DNA from: Eledone cirrhosa
Taxonomy: Eukaryota
Reading direction: 5' to 3'
NCBI GenBank assembly: GCA_964016885.1
Contig: OZ024742.1
Coordinates: forward strand, 218,364,001-218,428,000
DNA: 64,000 bases
Position 1 is the stretch's first letter; each line of letters opens with the position of its first letter. Both the position numbers and the translations under genes were made by a program. Positions 26,534-40,699 of the stretch are shown piece by piece. The notes beneath the pieces are model-generated. The model did no database searches. It was not told the DNA's origin and saw only the letters and a program-made list of their open reading frames with translations.

Positions 26534-26574
26534 TAGATATGGTTTTATAAATATAGTTTCCATTTGTTAATATC

Positions 26575-26640
<66 letters not shown>

Positions 26641-26668
26641 ACGTACATACACACGCACACACACACAC

Positions 26669-26716
<48 letters not shown>

Positions 26717-27032
26717 AGTAAATGACTTATGGAGCCGCAGAAACCCCAACACTGGACTTTACCATCATTCCAGGGGTCCTGTGAGTAAAAAACATTTATG
26801 CTTTCATATATTTTTATATCTGTATATCTGTTTGACCCGAAATAGGAGATCGAATCTTCACTGTGTGGATAATTAGTTTAACCACCATCCCAGTATGTTT
26901 GGCCTTTAACGTAAGTTGTAAGCTCTAATTCTTTTGAATTATTGCCTCACAATTCGAAATTATTGCCTCACAATTCGAAAGTGTTTTTTCGTTATTTCAT
27001 AGGCTGAAATTCGATTCTCGCTAATTTTTACT

Positions 27033-27061
<29 letters not shown>

Positions 27062-27067
<6 letters not shown>

Positions 27068-27257
27068 ATACTTGGGGAGGGTCATATTGTTGTAATAATA
27101 TTGCCAGAAATAATAACGGAACACAACAGTGAGTGTGTTCCGTTATTATTTCTGGCAATATTATTAGAACAATATGACCCTCCCCAAGTATAACAATATT
27201 TGTTTCGACACACGATTTCATATCAAAACCCTTCCAAAACAAATTCATCGCCGTCAT
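27062..27257. repeat. Fold-back PLE-terminus fragment between (TA)n tracts
   Basis: Arms ~27062-27124 and ~27135-27198 contain GACCCTCCCCAAGTATAACAAT, shared with 1017, 4283 and 46537. Confidence 0.8.
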
Positions 27258-27479
27258 ATATATATATATATAATCAATTTAAACGATCGTATAGAGCTAA
27301 TAAGCCATGACTGACTAGTGGGAGTGGGGGTATCGCATACTCGCTACAGTTTGTAATCAAAAAGACCTAGTGAGACAAGTAATAACAAATTTAAAAGGGG
27401 AAAATATATATATATAAAAGTAAAAATTTCACATATTGAATACCAATGGGAGGCAGATTATGGATAAGAAAAAGAAATA

Positions 27480-28720
27480 AAGGAAAATAAGAAACAAGAG
27501 TCTCTCTCAGATAGTTTCTACATTTGGAACAAATAGTGACAAAGTGTTTTTGGAAAATAACCACAAGAACATAGAGGTCAATCTCTATGACCTGTTCTTG
27601 ATAGAATGTAGTTCAAGGGTATAAATCCAGTTCGAAATCCAGTTCGAAAGTCCAGTTAGAAATTTACATTAATCAATGATCGATACATATTGAATGTTGT
27701 CAAATCTGGTTGAGAAAGTGGAGGATTAAAATTTGTGAGCTTATCTCTAGATTCTTCCCCAAATGTTTCTCACCCTTAATTATCTATATGCTTACTAAAT
27801 GATTTCACCTGCGAAAGATTGCGGGTGTAGTTTATATCTATTATTTCCCTTTGTACTCCACCCTTGGCGGTGGATTGGCAGTATCGGTAGAGGGTCGGAC
27901 GCCATGCTTTCCAGCATAGTTACATCCCTTTACGATCTGAGTTCAAATCCGGCGAAGGTTGACTTTGCCTTTCATCCTTACGGGGTCGATAAAATAAAGT
28001 ACAAGTAATGCACTGGGTAATTGCTGGCCTTGTGCCTAAAGTAGAAACAATTATTTCCCTTTGTGCTCCTTCTTTTATTAATTCGTCTGCTTTCCTATTT
28101 CCTCTAATATCAGTATGGTCCGGTATCCAAATCACTGTTATTTCTTTATTATTTTCTGAAGCAGTTCTAGGTTCTATAGACTATCAGTAAATAGAAAACA
28201 ATTTTTCCTTAGCTGAATCTATGGATAATGTAATTCCCCACAAATCTGCGTTAAATATAGTGTAATCTCGATGTAATCTGAAGTTCATATCTTCATAATT
28301 ATTTTTGAAAGACCAAGTAGCTCCACAACCCATTCCCTTGCCTGAATGTGCAGACCCAGCTGTTAAAAGAGATTGACTGTGTGATTGTGTTATGGAGTTC
28401 TTTTGATTCCTCTTTTGTGTTTTTAATCATTATTTTAAACGATTTAAATTTTTCTACCCATTGAGGAAGCCAAGTATCATGCTGTTTTCTTTTGCATTTA
28501 AAAAGATCAGTTAGCAATTTGCGTTTCTTGGACTCCTCTATCAACATGTGAGTTGGGGTTAACCCTGCTTCATGAAAAATCGCACTCTTGGGAGTAGATC
28601 TTAGACATCCCAATATAGTTTTGCCAATTTGAAGATAGCTAGTATTTGTGTGTCCCCAAACCCAGCTGCCACACAACAATTGAGCATTGATGACTCCCTT
28701 ATTATACAGATTCAAGTGGT
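27480..28720 (-). mobile_element. Decayed I-group LINE with RNase H and zinc knuckle, interrupted by a SINE
   Basis: ILGCLRSTPKSAIFHEAGLTP (tether), IWIPDHTDIRGNRKADELIKEG (RNase H), PLNYILSRTGH..PLCSCG..KTLCHYLFQ (CCHC). Confidence 0.75.
27866..28050 (+). mobile_element. Full-length tRNA-derived SINE with ~25 bp TSD
   Basis: GGCGGTGGATTGGCAGTATCGG...GTAGAAACAA, flanked by TTATTTCCCTTTGTRCTCC. Confidence 0.9.
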
Positions 28721-29334
28721 TTTATGTTAGTTATATGAAGGTTACATAACATACATTGGAAACGTTGAGCTACAGAATTACATATAAATAATTCTACATA
28801 AGTTTTTAAATATTACATATATTGTAACAGAATTATATAAACGTTACAAACATTTTAACAATTATATAAACACAGCGTGGTAAACGTTACACGTAACATA
28901 ACCCCCCCCCACACACACACACACTAAATATGAACGTTTAAATATGAACGAATAAAAGACAATCTGAAAGGAAAGATACCCTAGCCGTGAACATTACATA
29001 TCATTCCGATAAAACTTTGACGAAACTTTTAAAGAACACCGTCTAGGTTGTAAAACTCTAAGTGTAGTTTATTAATCACAAAGTTGGCTTAAAAACCATT
29101 AATAATTACATAAAATGAAAAAGGGAGATAAAAACCAAATTAAATAATGGGAAAAAGGGAAAGAGGTAAAGAAGGGCAGATCTGGATGTATGGGAAAGTA
29201 GAGAAAAGGACTATAAATGCCATAAATGAAAGGAAAAGGAGGAAAAAGCAAGGATTCTTGGGCCACAGAAGAAAGGGAGTGGGAAGGGGAGAGAGTGATA
29301 GGCTCTGAGCCTAGGGTGGGAGGTGTTTGGGTTG

Positions 29335-29510
29335 CACCCTGCGGCCAAAATTGCAAAGGCATTTCCGCGGACAATGGCCAGCGACACCCGCTGCAACACC
29401 CACCCAACCTCGCGGGGCTCCTTCCTCAGATGGGCTGCTGACGTTCCGATTTTGTGGAGGTGCTTGGCAATACGGGGTTCGAGGACGTATGAGTTTCCTC
29501 CGACCAAACC
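29335..29510 (-). mobile_element. CRE-clade non-LTR retrotransposon C-terminal fragment
   Basis: WVLQRVSLAIVRGNAFAIL matches the QR.S.AI.RGNA motif of CRE-like restriction-endonuclease elements. Confidence 0.7.
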
Positions 29511-30673
29511 ATGATTACAATGAAGCTACAAGCTCAACAAAGATTAATACGAAGCCCATATACAATTTAACCCCTAAAGTTCGGTTTTATGCAAAGGCTA
29601 AAATTTAGAGGAAATTCAAACACACAACATTATATTTTTCCCCAAAACATTCAGATGAGCAAGAAAAACATATCATTAGATGTAAATTCATACATTTAAC
29701 GGAAGTGTCTGATTCAAAGCAAGTTGGCATTATAAAGCCAGCCACTGACAGCAACTACCACTGATAACATGCTCAGATAAATCTTGTAGTAATCAACACA
29801 CCAACAATTTAGCTGAAACCACCTCTACTGTACAAACAGAAGAATACTAAAAACTCGTGGACACCTCACAAGTGATCAGGGAAAATATGTTTCAATAGGT
29901 CCACAACCTTATTTTGAGTGACCGGCCATACAACACCAGTATAAATAGAGAACCCAGTAAATTAGAATTGGAGGAACTAAACTAAATAGCAGACAATTAT
30001 CTGAAGGCCACACAGTTCAGAGGAATGAAAACAACATACGCAACCGTTAATCTTTTGATATATATCTTAGCTATTACATTGCTAGCGTATCACAGCCAGC
30101 TGAAGCCATGTAATCGAGATACAAGCAGAAAGACTGAACCAGAATGGAGCACGTAACTTAAAAAATGAAATTTTTTAAAAGAAGTATCTCACAGATTGTT
30201 GTAGTTATGTGTGTATATGTGTATGTGTGTGTGCATGTATGTGTGTGTGTGTGCATGTATGTGTGTGTATGTGTGTGTGTATGTGTGTGTGTATGTGTGT
30301 GTGTATGTATGTGTGTGTACGTGTATGTGCGTGTGTGTACGTGTTTATGTATGTGTGTATGTGTGTGTATGCATGTGTGTGTATGTGTGTGTATGTGTGT
30401 GTGTAGGTGTGTGTATATGTGTATGTGTCATTATCATCATCGTATAGCGCTTGCTCTGATTTTCAAGACCCTGATTCTGCACTTGTTCACGATCTTCCAT
30501 GGCATATGATCTAATTAAACTTGAACTAACTTACAGGCCAATATTGTATAGAAAAAGAACCCAATCATTTTGTTATATAGTCAAATCTCAAATCTTCACA
30601 GACATAAGCTGAACCGACACACACTCACATACACACACACACATGCATACGTACATACATATATATAATATAC

Positions 30674-30734
<61 letters not shown>

Positions 30735-30742
<8 letters not shown>

Positions 30743-31114
30743 TAAACGGAATAGAAAATGCTGACAAATTGTTCACAGTGAAAAATAGTTTAATTAGGGA
30801 TAAATGAGAATTAGTAATTGTATTGGTTAGTATTCAGTTTTGGTTTTAAGTTTTACCGGTTGCGCATTTCTAAATGCTTTTCAAAAATAATTTTGAGATA
30901 GAGCGTCCGTGTTGTTTGCTCTGATCAGAACAAACAACACGGACGCTCTATCTCAAAATTATTTTTGAAAAGCATTTAGAAATGCGCAACCGGTAAAACT
31001 TAAAACCAAAACTGAATACTAACCAATACAATTACTAATTCTCATTTATTCCTAATTAAACTATTTTTCACTGTGAACAATTTGTCAGCATTTTCTATTC
31101 CGTTTACCAATATA
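30735..31114. repeat. Near-perfect 380 bp palindrome between (TA)n tracts with HHR-like motif in each arm
   Basis: Centre CTGA|TCAG at 30924/30925; ~190 bp arms with ~2 mismatches. Motif ttt-TTGAAAA-GCATTT-ag-AAATGC-GCAAC-cg-GTA-aaa at 30962-30998. Confidence 0.9.
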
Positions 31115-31145
31115 TAATAACTTGTGTGTTACACCTCTATTCTTT

Positions 31146-31209
<64 letters not shown>

Positions 31210-32486
31210 CAAATACACATATGTATATACATATACACATATGTATATCCCTACATACATACGCACATCCATCCATCCATCCATCCATCCATCCATCCAT
31301 CCATCCATACATACATACATACATACATACATACATACATACATACATACATACATACATACATACACACACACATGTTTCTGTAATACATTCTATCATT
31401 TGATCTTCGTGTAACATTTTTTTGCCAACAACATTTTATTCATTTATTTCTTATTATTATTTAGGAGATGACAAGGAAACATAATTACATTTGTCTGAAA
31501 CTTCGTTCACAGGACTGGCACAAAACTATGTTGAAACTCAATAAATCGATGTTGCACTGATTGATGATATGGTAAAGGTTTTTCTTTTTTCTTTTAGAAA
31601 GATAGGCCTTCAATTGAACTTATAGAGGATATTATTAGTTAGAATCGGTAGAATATCAGAGAATATGGGATCGATATAATCGACTTTCTCTTCTTCCAAA
31701 TTGCTGGCCTTGTCAATGAGTAGTAGTTTTTGTAAGCACCGTCGTTACTACTGTAACTGTCATTCCTTTTAGCTCCATGTCATCTCAAACAATTCCAATC
31801 GTAACCATGCCATCCTGTTTTTCAGACGTAATAGCTATAAGGTACATTAGCCCGATGTGTATTCCTTTCTTTTCAAGACGATAGAGTATGATTTGAGGGA
31901 GATGTGACAGCTATTTTTATTGGGTCAAGATATTGTTAGAAGATGATGGCATACATTAAATTCAAGGATCTGAATAAAACCCTTCACATAAATATTTACT
32001 TTTGTGTCGTCGATAGAACAGTACCTGTTGTATATCGAGGTTCATATCTCCCCCAAATTATGACCTTTTGACTATGTAAAAATTAATATTTGTCATATAT
32101 AGAACTGATCCAGCTATCAGCCGAGTCCTTCATGACGATCGTAATTTTTCTCTCTCGAAAGAGAGTTTATGGTGGGCAAAAATGAAAGTATAGACACTTT
32201 TCTATTTGGTCAAACACTCATCAACCAGGAAAGGTAGGTGAATTGAGGTATTACCCCTGAATGAATTTGATGAAAGGTGGGTGAAAGTAGTGAGAATGGC
32301 CTATAGCTTGAGTGAATGGGCTCACTTTCAACATGCATCATTAGTTACTTTCATTTTGTTCGAACATCGTATAGTAGAAACGTGTATTCAATCAAAGTTC
32401 ACGTGACAGCCATAAAGATCATATCTACCTCTACCGTGGATTTTGAATACTCTGCATTTGTTAAATTTCCTCTCAGTCATACATAT

Positions 32487-32670
32487 ATAAAAGTGTGTTA
32501 TAGTTTGCTTGAAGCATTGTGTTAGTATATAAAGAAGTATGTTATTCGAAGGTTAAGACAATGCTAAATGGACGGTAGATTTTGGAATAAGGCAACGAAG
32601 ATGTTAGTGTGTCACCTGTTACTTTATTTACCTGTCCTATTTCGAGACTAAAATCCCTTCATCAGAAGAT
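32487..32670 (-). mobile_element. PLE-terminus fragment with degenerate HHR
   Basis: Minus strand CTGATGA-a-GGGAT-ttt-AGTCTC-GAAAT; flank homologous to 13310-13490 and 14490-14630. Confidence 0.6.
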
Positions 32671-33644
32671 TATAAGAAACTGGCTTGAGGTTCATGCTTT
32701 TGCTGTTATAGGTTCGCCTTTCTACTTCCTTTGTTTTCAAGTGGAAGTAATGGGGAGATGACGTTGTTTGTGAACTGACATGTATATAATGTTGTGTTCG
32801 TGTGTGTGTTCCTGTTAAATATTGTGTTAAATATTTACGTTTTTATGTCAAATGTTTCGTGTACTTAGGCATTGTCAGATAAAATCAGTTATTTATAATA
32901 TAAATTAATTATAATTATATCATGCGTGAAATGAAGACGACACTGTAAGAGATAACAATTATCGAATCGATTAATAAAGTACCTAAAGAAGAAAATTTAT
33001 TTATCAAATTACGTAAAACATGTTATAAAGTAAAACCCATCTCCACCTTCCTCAATACAAAACCATCCAAACTACCCACTTCTTTTCTCCGTTATTACCA
33101 TCACTCCTGTTTAACAACGCACTAAATGTCTTTTCTTTTTTAATGTTATTTTCCTTCCTTTTCTTGACAAGGGAATTGAAACGTCGATAATTTTTCCTTT
33201 CCGTTTGTCAATTGCATTTACATCACATATATTTTTAGTTTTATCTTCATTATTATCGCATTGCTTTTCAAGTCTCTTAAAGACGACGTGAGAAGGACCA
33301 ATTAGTCTGAAGGGTAGAATTATGGTATCATTCTTCATAAAAAGACCTATTTTCTCTGTGGATTGAGACAGATGCTTAATGATAACTGAAGATAAATTCA
33401 ACTAGATTCGAAATTTGAGTCAGATCATTCATTCGTTTTCAGTTTGCGGAGAAATACGTACATACAATAGTCCAGCAGATATACCACAATGCGGGATGGT
33501 TTCTGCTACTGTAAGTATGTGTATGAGTTTGTGTTTTTAATGTAACTATCAGTGTATATAAACGTATGAAAAGGGAAAATCATATTTTTGTAAATGATAC
33601 GATCTCGCATCGATATATTTCATCTTGCGGTTTATTCATTTTAA

Positions 33645-33836
33645 TAATAGTTGTTTCTACACTTGGCACAAGGCCAGCAATTACCCAGTGCATTACTGGT
33701 ACTTTATTTTATCGACCCCGTAAGGATGAAAGGCAAAGTTAACCTCGGTGGGATTTGAACTTAGTTCGTAAAGGGACGTAACTCTATGCTGGAAAGCATG
33801 GCGTCCGACTCTACCGATACTGCCAATCCACCGCCC
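33645..33836 (-). mobile_element. tRNA-derived SINE
   Basis: Full-length family copy; a diverged + copy lies at ~34174-34385. Confidence 0.9.
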
Positions 33837-34915
33837 TTATAAAACAATGCTGTCCCCCAACTTAATTAAGCAAAGATGGGATAGGAAGTACTAATAAGAA
33901 GAAGTATGACTGAAACAGTCCAACACAACACCTACGATGAGATTTGAAGCAGTACCGATTTTAAAATAAAGCAGATTCTAATGACTTTCTAGGAACGTCC
34001 AGTGTAGCGAATTGTTAATGATTAAAAAGTAAAACTTCTTTCGTTACAAACTTACAATGATATATTTTATTTTGCAGTTTATTTACTTTTATACCTAATA
34101 CTTATATTTGTCAAAGTGAGAAAGCTATGAGGACACGTACAAAAATGCGCATTTAATATTATAGATTATAGAAGGGGTGGTGTATTGGCATTATCGGACA
34201 ACATGCTTTGTGGCATAGAGTTACGTCCCTTTGCGTTCTGAGCTCAAATCTCGCCAAGATTAACTTTGCCTTTCATCCTTGCGGAGTCGATAAAATAAAA
34301 TACCAGTAACGCACTGGGGTCAATTCCATCGATTTTCTTCTTCCTTTCAAATTTCATGCCTTGTGCCAACTGTAGAATCAATTATTATTAATGTATTTAC
34401 TTACACAAGTAAGCATCTTCGTTTAGATCTTATACTGCTTCTATACAGATATGCATTTATCATATTTTCCCTTACTTTATAATTTTTGCTAGAAAATTTA
34501 ACCTTGTTGATAGCAACCATGGTTTTGAAACGATTCCTGTTTCTATGATACTAAAATATCTATTTTAACATGTTTTTATACTTAAATTTAAACCAGACAT
34601 CATAATTCTATATAAGAAACTTTTTTTTATATTCCAAACATATCTTCAGCAGTGGGAAAATTAATCATTTTACTAAATAACTCTACATTCTTAATTATAT
34701 TAAAAATTAATTACAGCATATTGACAGTATATTTCATTAGAAATAAGCCCAGAAAAGGGTTAAGAAAAACAGAAGTATGTAAACACGAGCGGAATGATTA
34801 AACATATAAACAGCGTAGAATAAGTACACGAATTTAACTTAAGATCTTGGTTGCTATTGGGCATGTGTTCAGTGTCAGAAAGTAATACAACAGCGCAATC
34901 AAAGCAGATGATAAC

Positions 34916-34946
<31 letters not shown>

Positions 34947-36974
34947 GGTGGTGGTGGTGATGGTGTTGTTACTGTTGTTGTTGGTGGTGGTGCTGATGGT
35001 GTTATTACTATTGGTGGTGTTGTTGTTGTTGTTGTTGTTGTTGTTAGTGGTGGTAGGTCTATATTTTCTTTCTACGCTAGTATGTTGCAGATTTTGTGTT
35101 CAAATTTCGCTTTTCATCCTAATCGAGGCGGACAATAGAATAGGTACCAGTAAAATACTGAGGTCATGTTCATCGACTGTATTCCCCCTCAAAATTTCTA
35201 TATTAAGAGGGCCCATGAATATCTGATGCACTCCTTCTAAAATCATTTTTACATCCTATTGGATTTTGAAAGGAGCCCCAATCTCTTCTTGGACCCAAAA
35301 GCAGTCCTTGTTCCACTACGTAAAATTTCTCCCGGCGGCCCTGTATGTTAATACTAAAAATCGATACACAATTTTATTATAAACAAATATTGGTAATTGT
35401 GTGTGGTAACTTTACAGCAAATTATTGAATAATTTTAGATTATGAAAACATATTTATCTGTGCAACATAACTGAACAGTTGTTATATTATTCCAGCCTTT
35501 ACAAAGAGAGAGTTAATAGACAAACTTATATTTAATATGTTTGTTGTATAATCCATCAACTATTTGAAGAACTATTCCCTGGTGAGCACTTTATGTGTGT
35601 AAGGAAATATATTTAAAAAATACATAGAAACGAAAAGATAGATGAAATATTACTCTAAAGGTCATATGCTCTGTCGCAACGAAAATGAAATATGAATTGA
35701 TGAAATGTAGAGTGAAGTAACGAGTGAATGAGCAAAGATAAGTAGGAGAAAGTTAAGTTGAAGAAATACTGTAAAACGACTGATTAATTGGTATACTTTT
35801 AGTACGAGCGGATGTTGTCAAGAGTGGCTTAACAAAGAACTGGACTTGCAATGGTCATCTGGATAGTGTAATAGGGACGGAAGAGTATACAGCGGATATC
35901 TGCCCTCGTCCTACTTGTTTGTTCATTTGTAGTCTTGAAATTCTAAGGAAAAACAAGTTTAAAAAATATATATAATAAATAACATCAAATAAGATAAAAA
36001 GAGGAAGTAAAAATAGATGGTTCTTTGCCAGATAGCGTCTGAACAGATTGTTGTTTTAACATTAGAGAATTAGAGGAAACGCAAGAATGAAATATAATTC
36101 GACCCGACGCGAGACACTTTAGTGGGGTGGTACTTATGAGAAGATGGTTAATAAATCTCGAAATAACAGTTTCAACAAGTTTATGCAGTAAACCCAGTAA
36201 ACAAGGCATTCTTTCAGTAAAAGAAAACGGACCATTTAACCACCATCTTGTTAAGGTTTTCTTTTCTCTTCATTTTCTTTTCGTTTATTTTATTTTAACA
36301 GTTTTCTTATGGGTCTTAAAGTCAACAAAGCTGGTAAAATGTAACTCAGTCTTATTATTGCTGTTGTTGTTATAGTGTTTGTTGTTATAGTGTTTGTTGT
36401 TGCTGTTGTCACTGCTTAGCTCTAGCTCTAGGTCTACCCGGATCTCGAAGACATGTAATTAAATGTATTCCGGACATGACTATCTCATCTTTTGCGGGGA
36501 CGGGTGTCTAGGACTACGTTATTTAATATATATGCTACTCCTTTATTTGGAGACGATGGAGTGCGCACTTTGAAGGAGATTTGGATGTCATTTATAGCCT
36601 ATCAATCAATTACGTTGATATTGTTTTATTGTAATTGTTGTTGACGTTGTCGTCGTCATTGTTACTGGTGTTGTTGTGATGATTGTTCTGAGAACAAATT
36701 CCATCGAAGACAACTTTTATTCTTCTGGGGTCGATAAAATGATGTCACAGTTAAGTAGTGCAGTCAATTTAATCGACTAAACCATTTCCTCAAATGTATA
36801 AGCTAACACACACACAAACACACACACACACACTAACACACACACTAACACAAGCACACACACAAACACTCAGCTTCTCCCTCCACACATATATACACAG
36901 ACAGCTTGCCACACCGCTATACACACGCATTTCCATTCCATCGCACTTTATTCCAGATTGTTGATAAGCGAGAA

Positions 36975-37255
36975 AGTAAGTAGCAACTATCAGTGTAAGA
37001 AGAACAGATGACAATATATACCCCATGGAAATGGAAAAAAATATCCAAATATAAAGATCTGGAGACAGAAATAACCCATATGTAGATGATGAAAACAGAA
37101 ATAATCTCTATAATAATAGGTGCTCCGGGGATGATAAATAAACACACAGACAGATACATAACCGAAACCCCAGCACTTACAAATATATAACGCATAGAGA
37201 AAATAACACTGCTAGGCACTACGCACATATTACGATGAAGACTCTCAATACAGCA
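36975..37255 (+). mobile_element. R4-type LINE 3' remnant (restriction-like endonuclease end)
   Basis: KISKYKDLETEITHM*MMKTEIISIIIGAPGMI...IEKITLLGTTHILR, followed by (TAA)n. Confidence 0.6.
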
Positions 37256-37574
37256 GAAATAACAACACTGCACATATCCAAGGCACACAGAGCTGTGCTT
37301 GATAATGCTGTAACAACACATTATAAAAATAAGACTAATAATAATAATAATAATAATAATTGTTTCTACTTTTGGCACAAGGCCAACAATTACCCAGTAC
37401 ATTACTTGTAATTTATTTTATCGACCCCGTAAGGATAAGACTAAGACATTCTGGAGAGGAATATGGGAGCAGGATGTTGAACATAATAGTCAGGGAGTGT
37501 GGATTGAGATTAGTGAACAGGCACACCAACAACCTGATTTGAGTATCACAATTTACACTCTTAAAGGGCGAGCC

Positions 37575-39630
37575 AAAAACTAACCAACTGGAAATCACCA
37601 GGCCCAGATAGTGTGCAAGGGTATTGGATTAAAAACATAACATGCCTCCACCCGAAACTGACAACCATGTTCAATGACTGCTTCATGTCGGGTGAAGTAC
37701 CAGAGTGGTTGACAAATGGTACCACAGTTCTGGTAATGAAATACCGAAACAAGGGTAATGATGTTAGCAACTATAGGCCTATCACATGTCTGTCCATAAT
37801 ATGTAAACTGTTAACAAGCATTGTGTCTGAGGAAATCAACTATCACGTCCATATAAACAACTTGTTACCGGAAGAACAGAAAGGATGCCGAAAGAAGTCC
37901 CATGGTTCAAACGACCAGTTACTTATTGATAAGATGGTAATGATGAATTGCAAGAGGAGGCACACTGGTCTTGCCATGGGATGGATAGATTACAAAAAGG
38001 CATTCGACATGGTACCTCATTCTTGGATAACCAAAAGCCTAGAGATCCTCAAGGTGGCAGATAACATCAGACAGTTGTTGAGCAAAAGTATGAAGTCCTG
38101 GGAAACAGAATTAACATCGAGTGGGGAATCCTTGTGAGGCGTGAAGATCAAGAGAGGTACCTTCCAGGGAGATAGTTTATCCCTTCTGCTGTTTTTCCTT
38201 GCCCTGATATCCCTCACCGTTATATTGCGAAAAGTGAGAGCAGGATACAAGTTGGGAAAAGGAGAGCTTACCATCAACCACCTCCGCTTCATGGACGATC
38301 TTAAACTCTTTGGGAAGAGTGAGAAGGAGTTGGATGTACTTGTTGGTACTGTCGTATTTTCATCAATGATATATGTATGGAATTTGGTACTAATAAGTGT
38401 GGAGTCCTAGTGATGAAGGGGGTAAATCCAGAAGCAACGGAATCCAGGTACCAACAGGTGAGATGGTAAAGGAAATTGACACTGAAGAGGGATACAAATA
38501 TTTAGTTGTTCTGGAGGCAGATGACATCAAGAACAAAAAAATGAAGGAATTGATAAGATCTGAATATTTAAGGAGAGTAAGGAACATATTAAAATCACAT
38601 CTAAATAGTAGGAATGTCATAAGTGCAGTAAATTCCCGAGCTGTGTCTATTATTAGGTACAGTGCGGGAATTCTTAAATGGAATGTTGCTGAACAAAAAA
38701 GAAATGGATAGGAAGACTAGGAAGCTATTGACTATCTACAACATGTTCCACAAGAGGAGTGATGTTGATAGACTCTACTTAAAGAGATCTGAAGGTAGAA
38801 GAGGTCTTATCAGCATAGAGGACTGTGTTCAGATGGAGAAAAACACCTGCACAAATACGTGACTGACAGTAGGGAGCCAATGCTCAACATTGTACTGAAG
38901 GAGAAGACAATAGACCAGGGGATGTCCAAGGAAATAACAGCAAGGAGGAAAAGCAACCTTCATGAAAAATCCCTTCATAGTACCTTCTTTAAGAAAACGG
39001 AATTTAGAGATCCACAGATATGGAACTGGTTAAAAAGAGGAGACCTTAAAAAAGCTACAGAAGGAATGTTAATGGCTGCGCATGAGCAAGCCCTCAGAAC
39101 GAAGTGGGTGAAACACCATATTGACAAGGAGGAGGCTAGCTCACTGTGTAGGATCTGTGGAGAGAGAGAGAGGAGACTGTGGTTCACATTGTATCCGAGT
39201 GTAAACACCTAGCCCAGACTCACTATAAAGGCTGGAGACATGATGTGATATGCAGGGTGATCCACTGGCACCTATGCAAAGTAAACAATTTACCCCATTC
39301 TGAGAAGTGGTATGAGCATAAGCCAGAGTCGGTGATAGAAAACGATCAGGTGAAGGTGCTGTGGGATTTTAGGATACAGACGGACAAGAAATTAGAACAC
39401 AATAGGCCTGATCTGGTGGTTTTGGACAAGGAAAAAAGATCGTGCCTGATTGTAGATGTAGCCTGCCCATTTGACACGAGAGTGCAAGAAAAGGAGAGGG
39501 AGAAAATTAACCGATACCAGGATTTAAAGTGGGAGTTAAAAAGGATTTGGAACTGCCATGAGATCAAGGTCGTCCCGATTGTCATAGGCGCAATAGGTTC
39601 TATCTCAAAGAGTTTCCAAGGACGGTTAAA
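37575..39630 (+). mobile_element. R4/Dong-clade LINE, 5'-truncated and frameshifted
   Basis: NWKSPGPD, NYRPITCL, EEQKGCRK, WIDYKKAFDMVPHSW, RGTFQGDSLS, FMDDLKLFG; CCHC CRICG..HIVSEC; RHD; endonuclease RPDLVV..IVDVACP..KINRYQDL. Confidence 0.92.
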
Positions 39631-39749
39631 TACTGGTGCTTTAATTTATCGACCCCGTAAGGATGAAAGGCACAATTAACCTCGGCGGATTTGAACTCAG
39701 AACGTAAAGGGCCATAACTCTATGCCACAAAGCATGGTGTTTGACGCTC

Positions 39750-39798
<49 letters not shown>

Positions 39799-40198
39799 TG
39801 TTTCTACTTTTGGCACAAGACCAGCAAATATCCCAGAACATTACTGGTACTTTATTTTATCGACCCCGTAAGGATGAAAGACAAAGTTAACTTCGGCGGG
39901 ATTTGAACTCAGAACGTAAAGGGCCATAACTCTAAGCTGTAAAGTATAGTGTCTGACGCTCTACCGATGCTGCCAATTCACCGCCCTTGCTGCTTGCAAT
40001 AAATAATAATAATAATTGTTTCTACTTTAGGCACAAGGCCAGCAATTATCCAGTGCATTACTGGTACTTTATTTTATCGACCCCGTAAGGATGAAAGGCA
40101 AAGTCAACCTCGGCGGGATTTGAACTCAGATCGTAAAGGGACGTAACTATGCTGGAAAGCATGGCGTCCGACCCTCCACCGATACTGCCAATCCACCA
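39630..40198 (-). mobile_element. Three tandem SINE copies separated by (TAA)n
   Basis: Copies at ~39630-39750, 39796-39986 and 40011-40198. Confidence 0.9.
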
Positions 40199-40699
40199 TA
40201 AATAATAATAATAATAATAATGAACATGGTGTCAAAAATGAGATGAGAGTGCTTGAGAACGATAAGATAAAAAAAACTCTTATGGGACTTCCCAATTCAG
40301 ACCGAAATGAAGATAGAAAACAACAGACCAGATATCGTAATTTAGAAAAGGTAGAAAAACTGTATCTTCATAGATGTAGCGTGTTCTTTTGACACGAGAA
40401 TTGAACGAAAAGAGGAGATAGTAGAGGTTTATACCGACTGAAAATATGAGCTCTTGAAATGCTGGAATAATGAAGGATATGAACATTTTATAGTTATCTT
40501 AGGTTAGTAGTTGTAGTCCGGTATTCTCTAAAATAACCGACCCAAAGCAATATCAAAGCTGGTCGTGATAAATAGTCAAATAATAATAATAATAACAATA
40601 ATGTATATTCATTGGAAAGACAAAGAAATTTTTAGCTGAAATCTCAAAGGAAATATGCTGATTTATAAAGAAAAGTTAACATAAACGAGAAAGACATAA

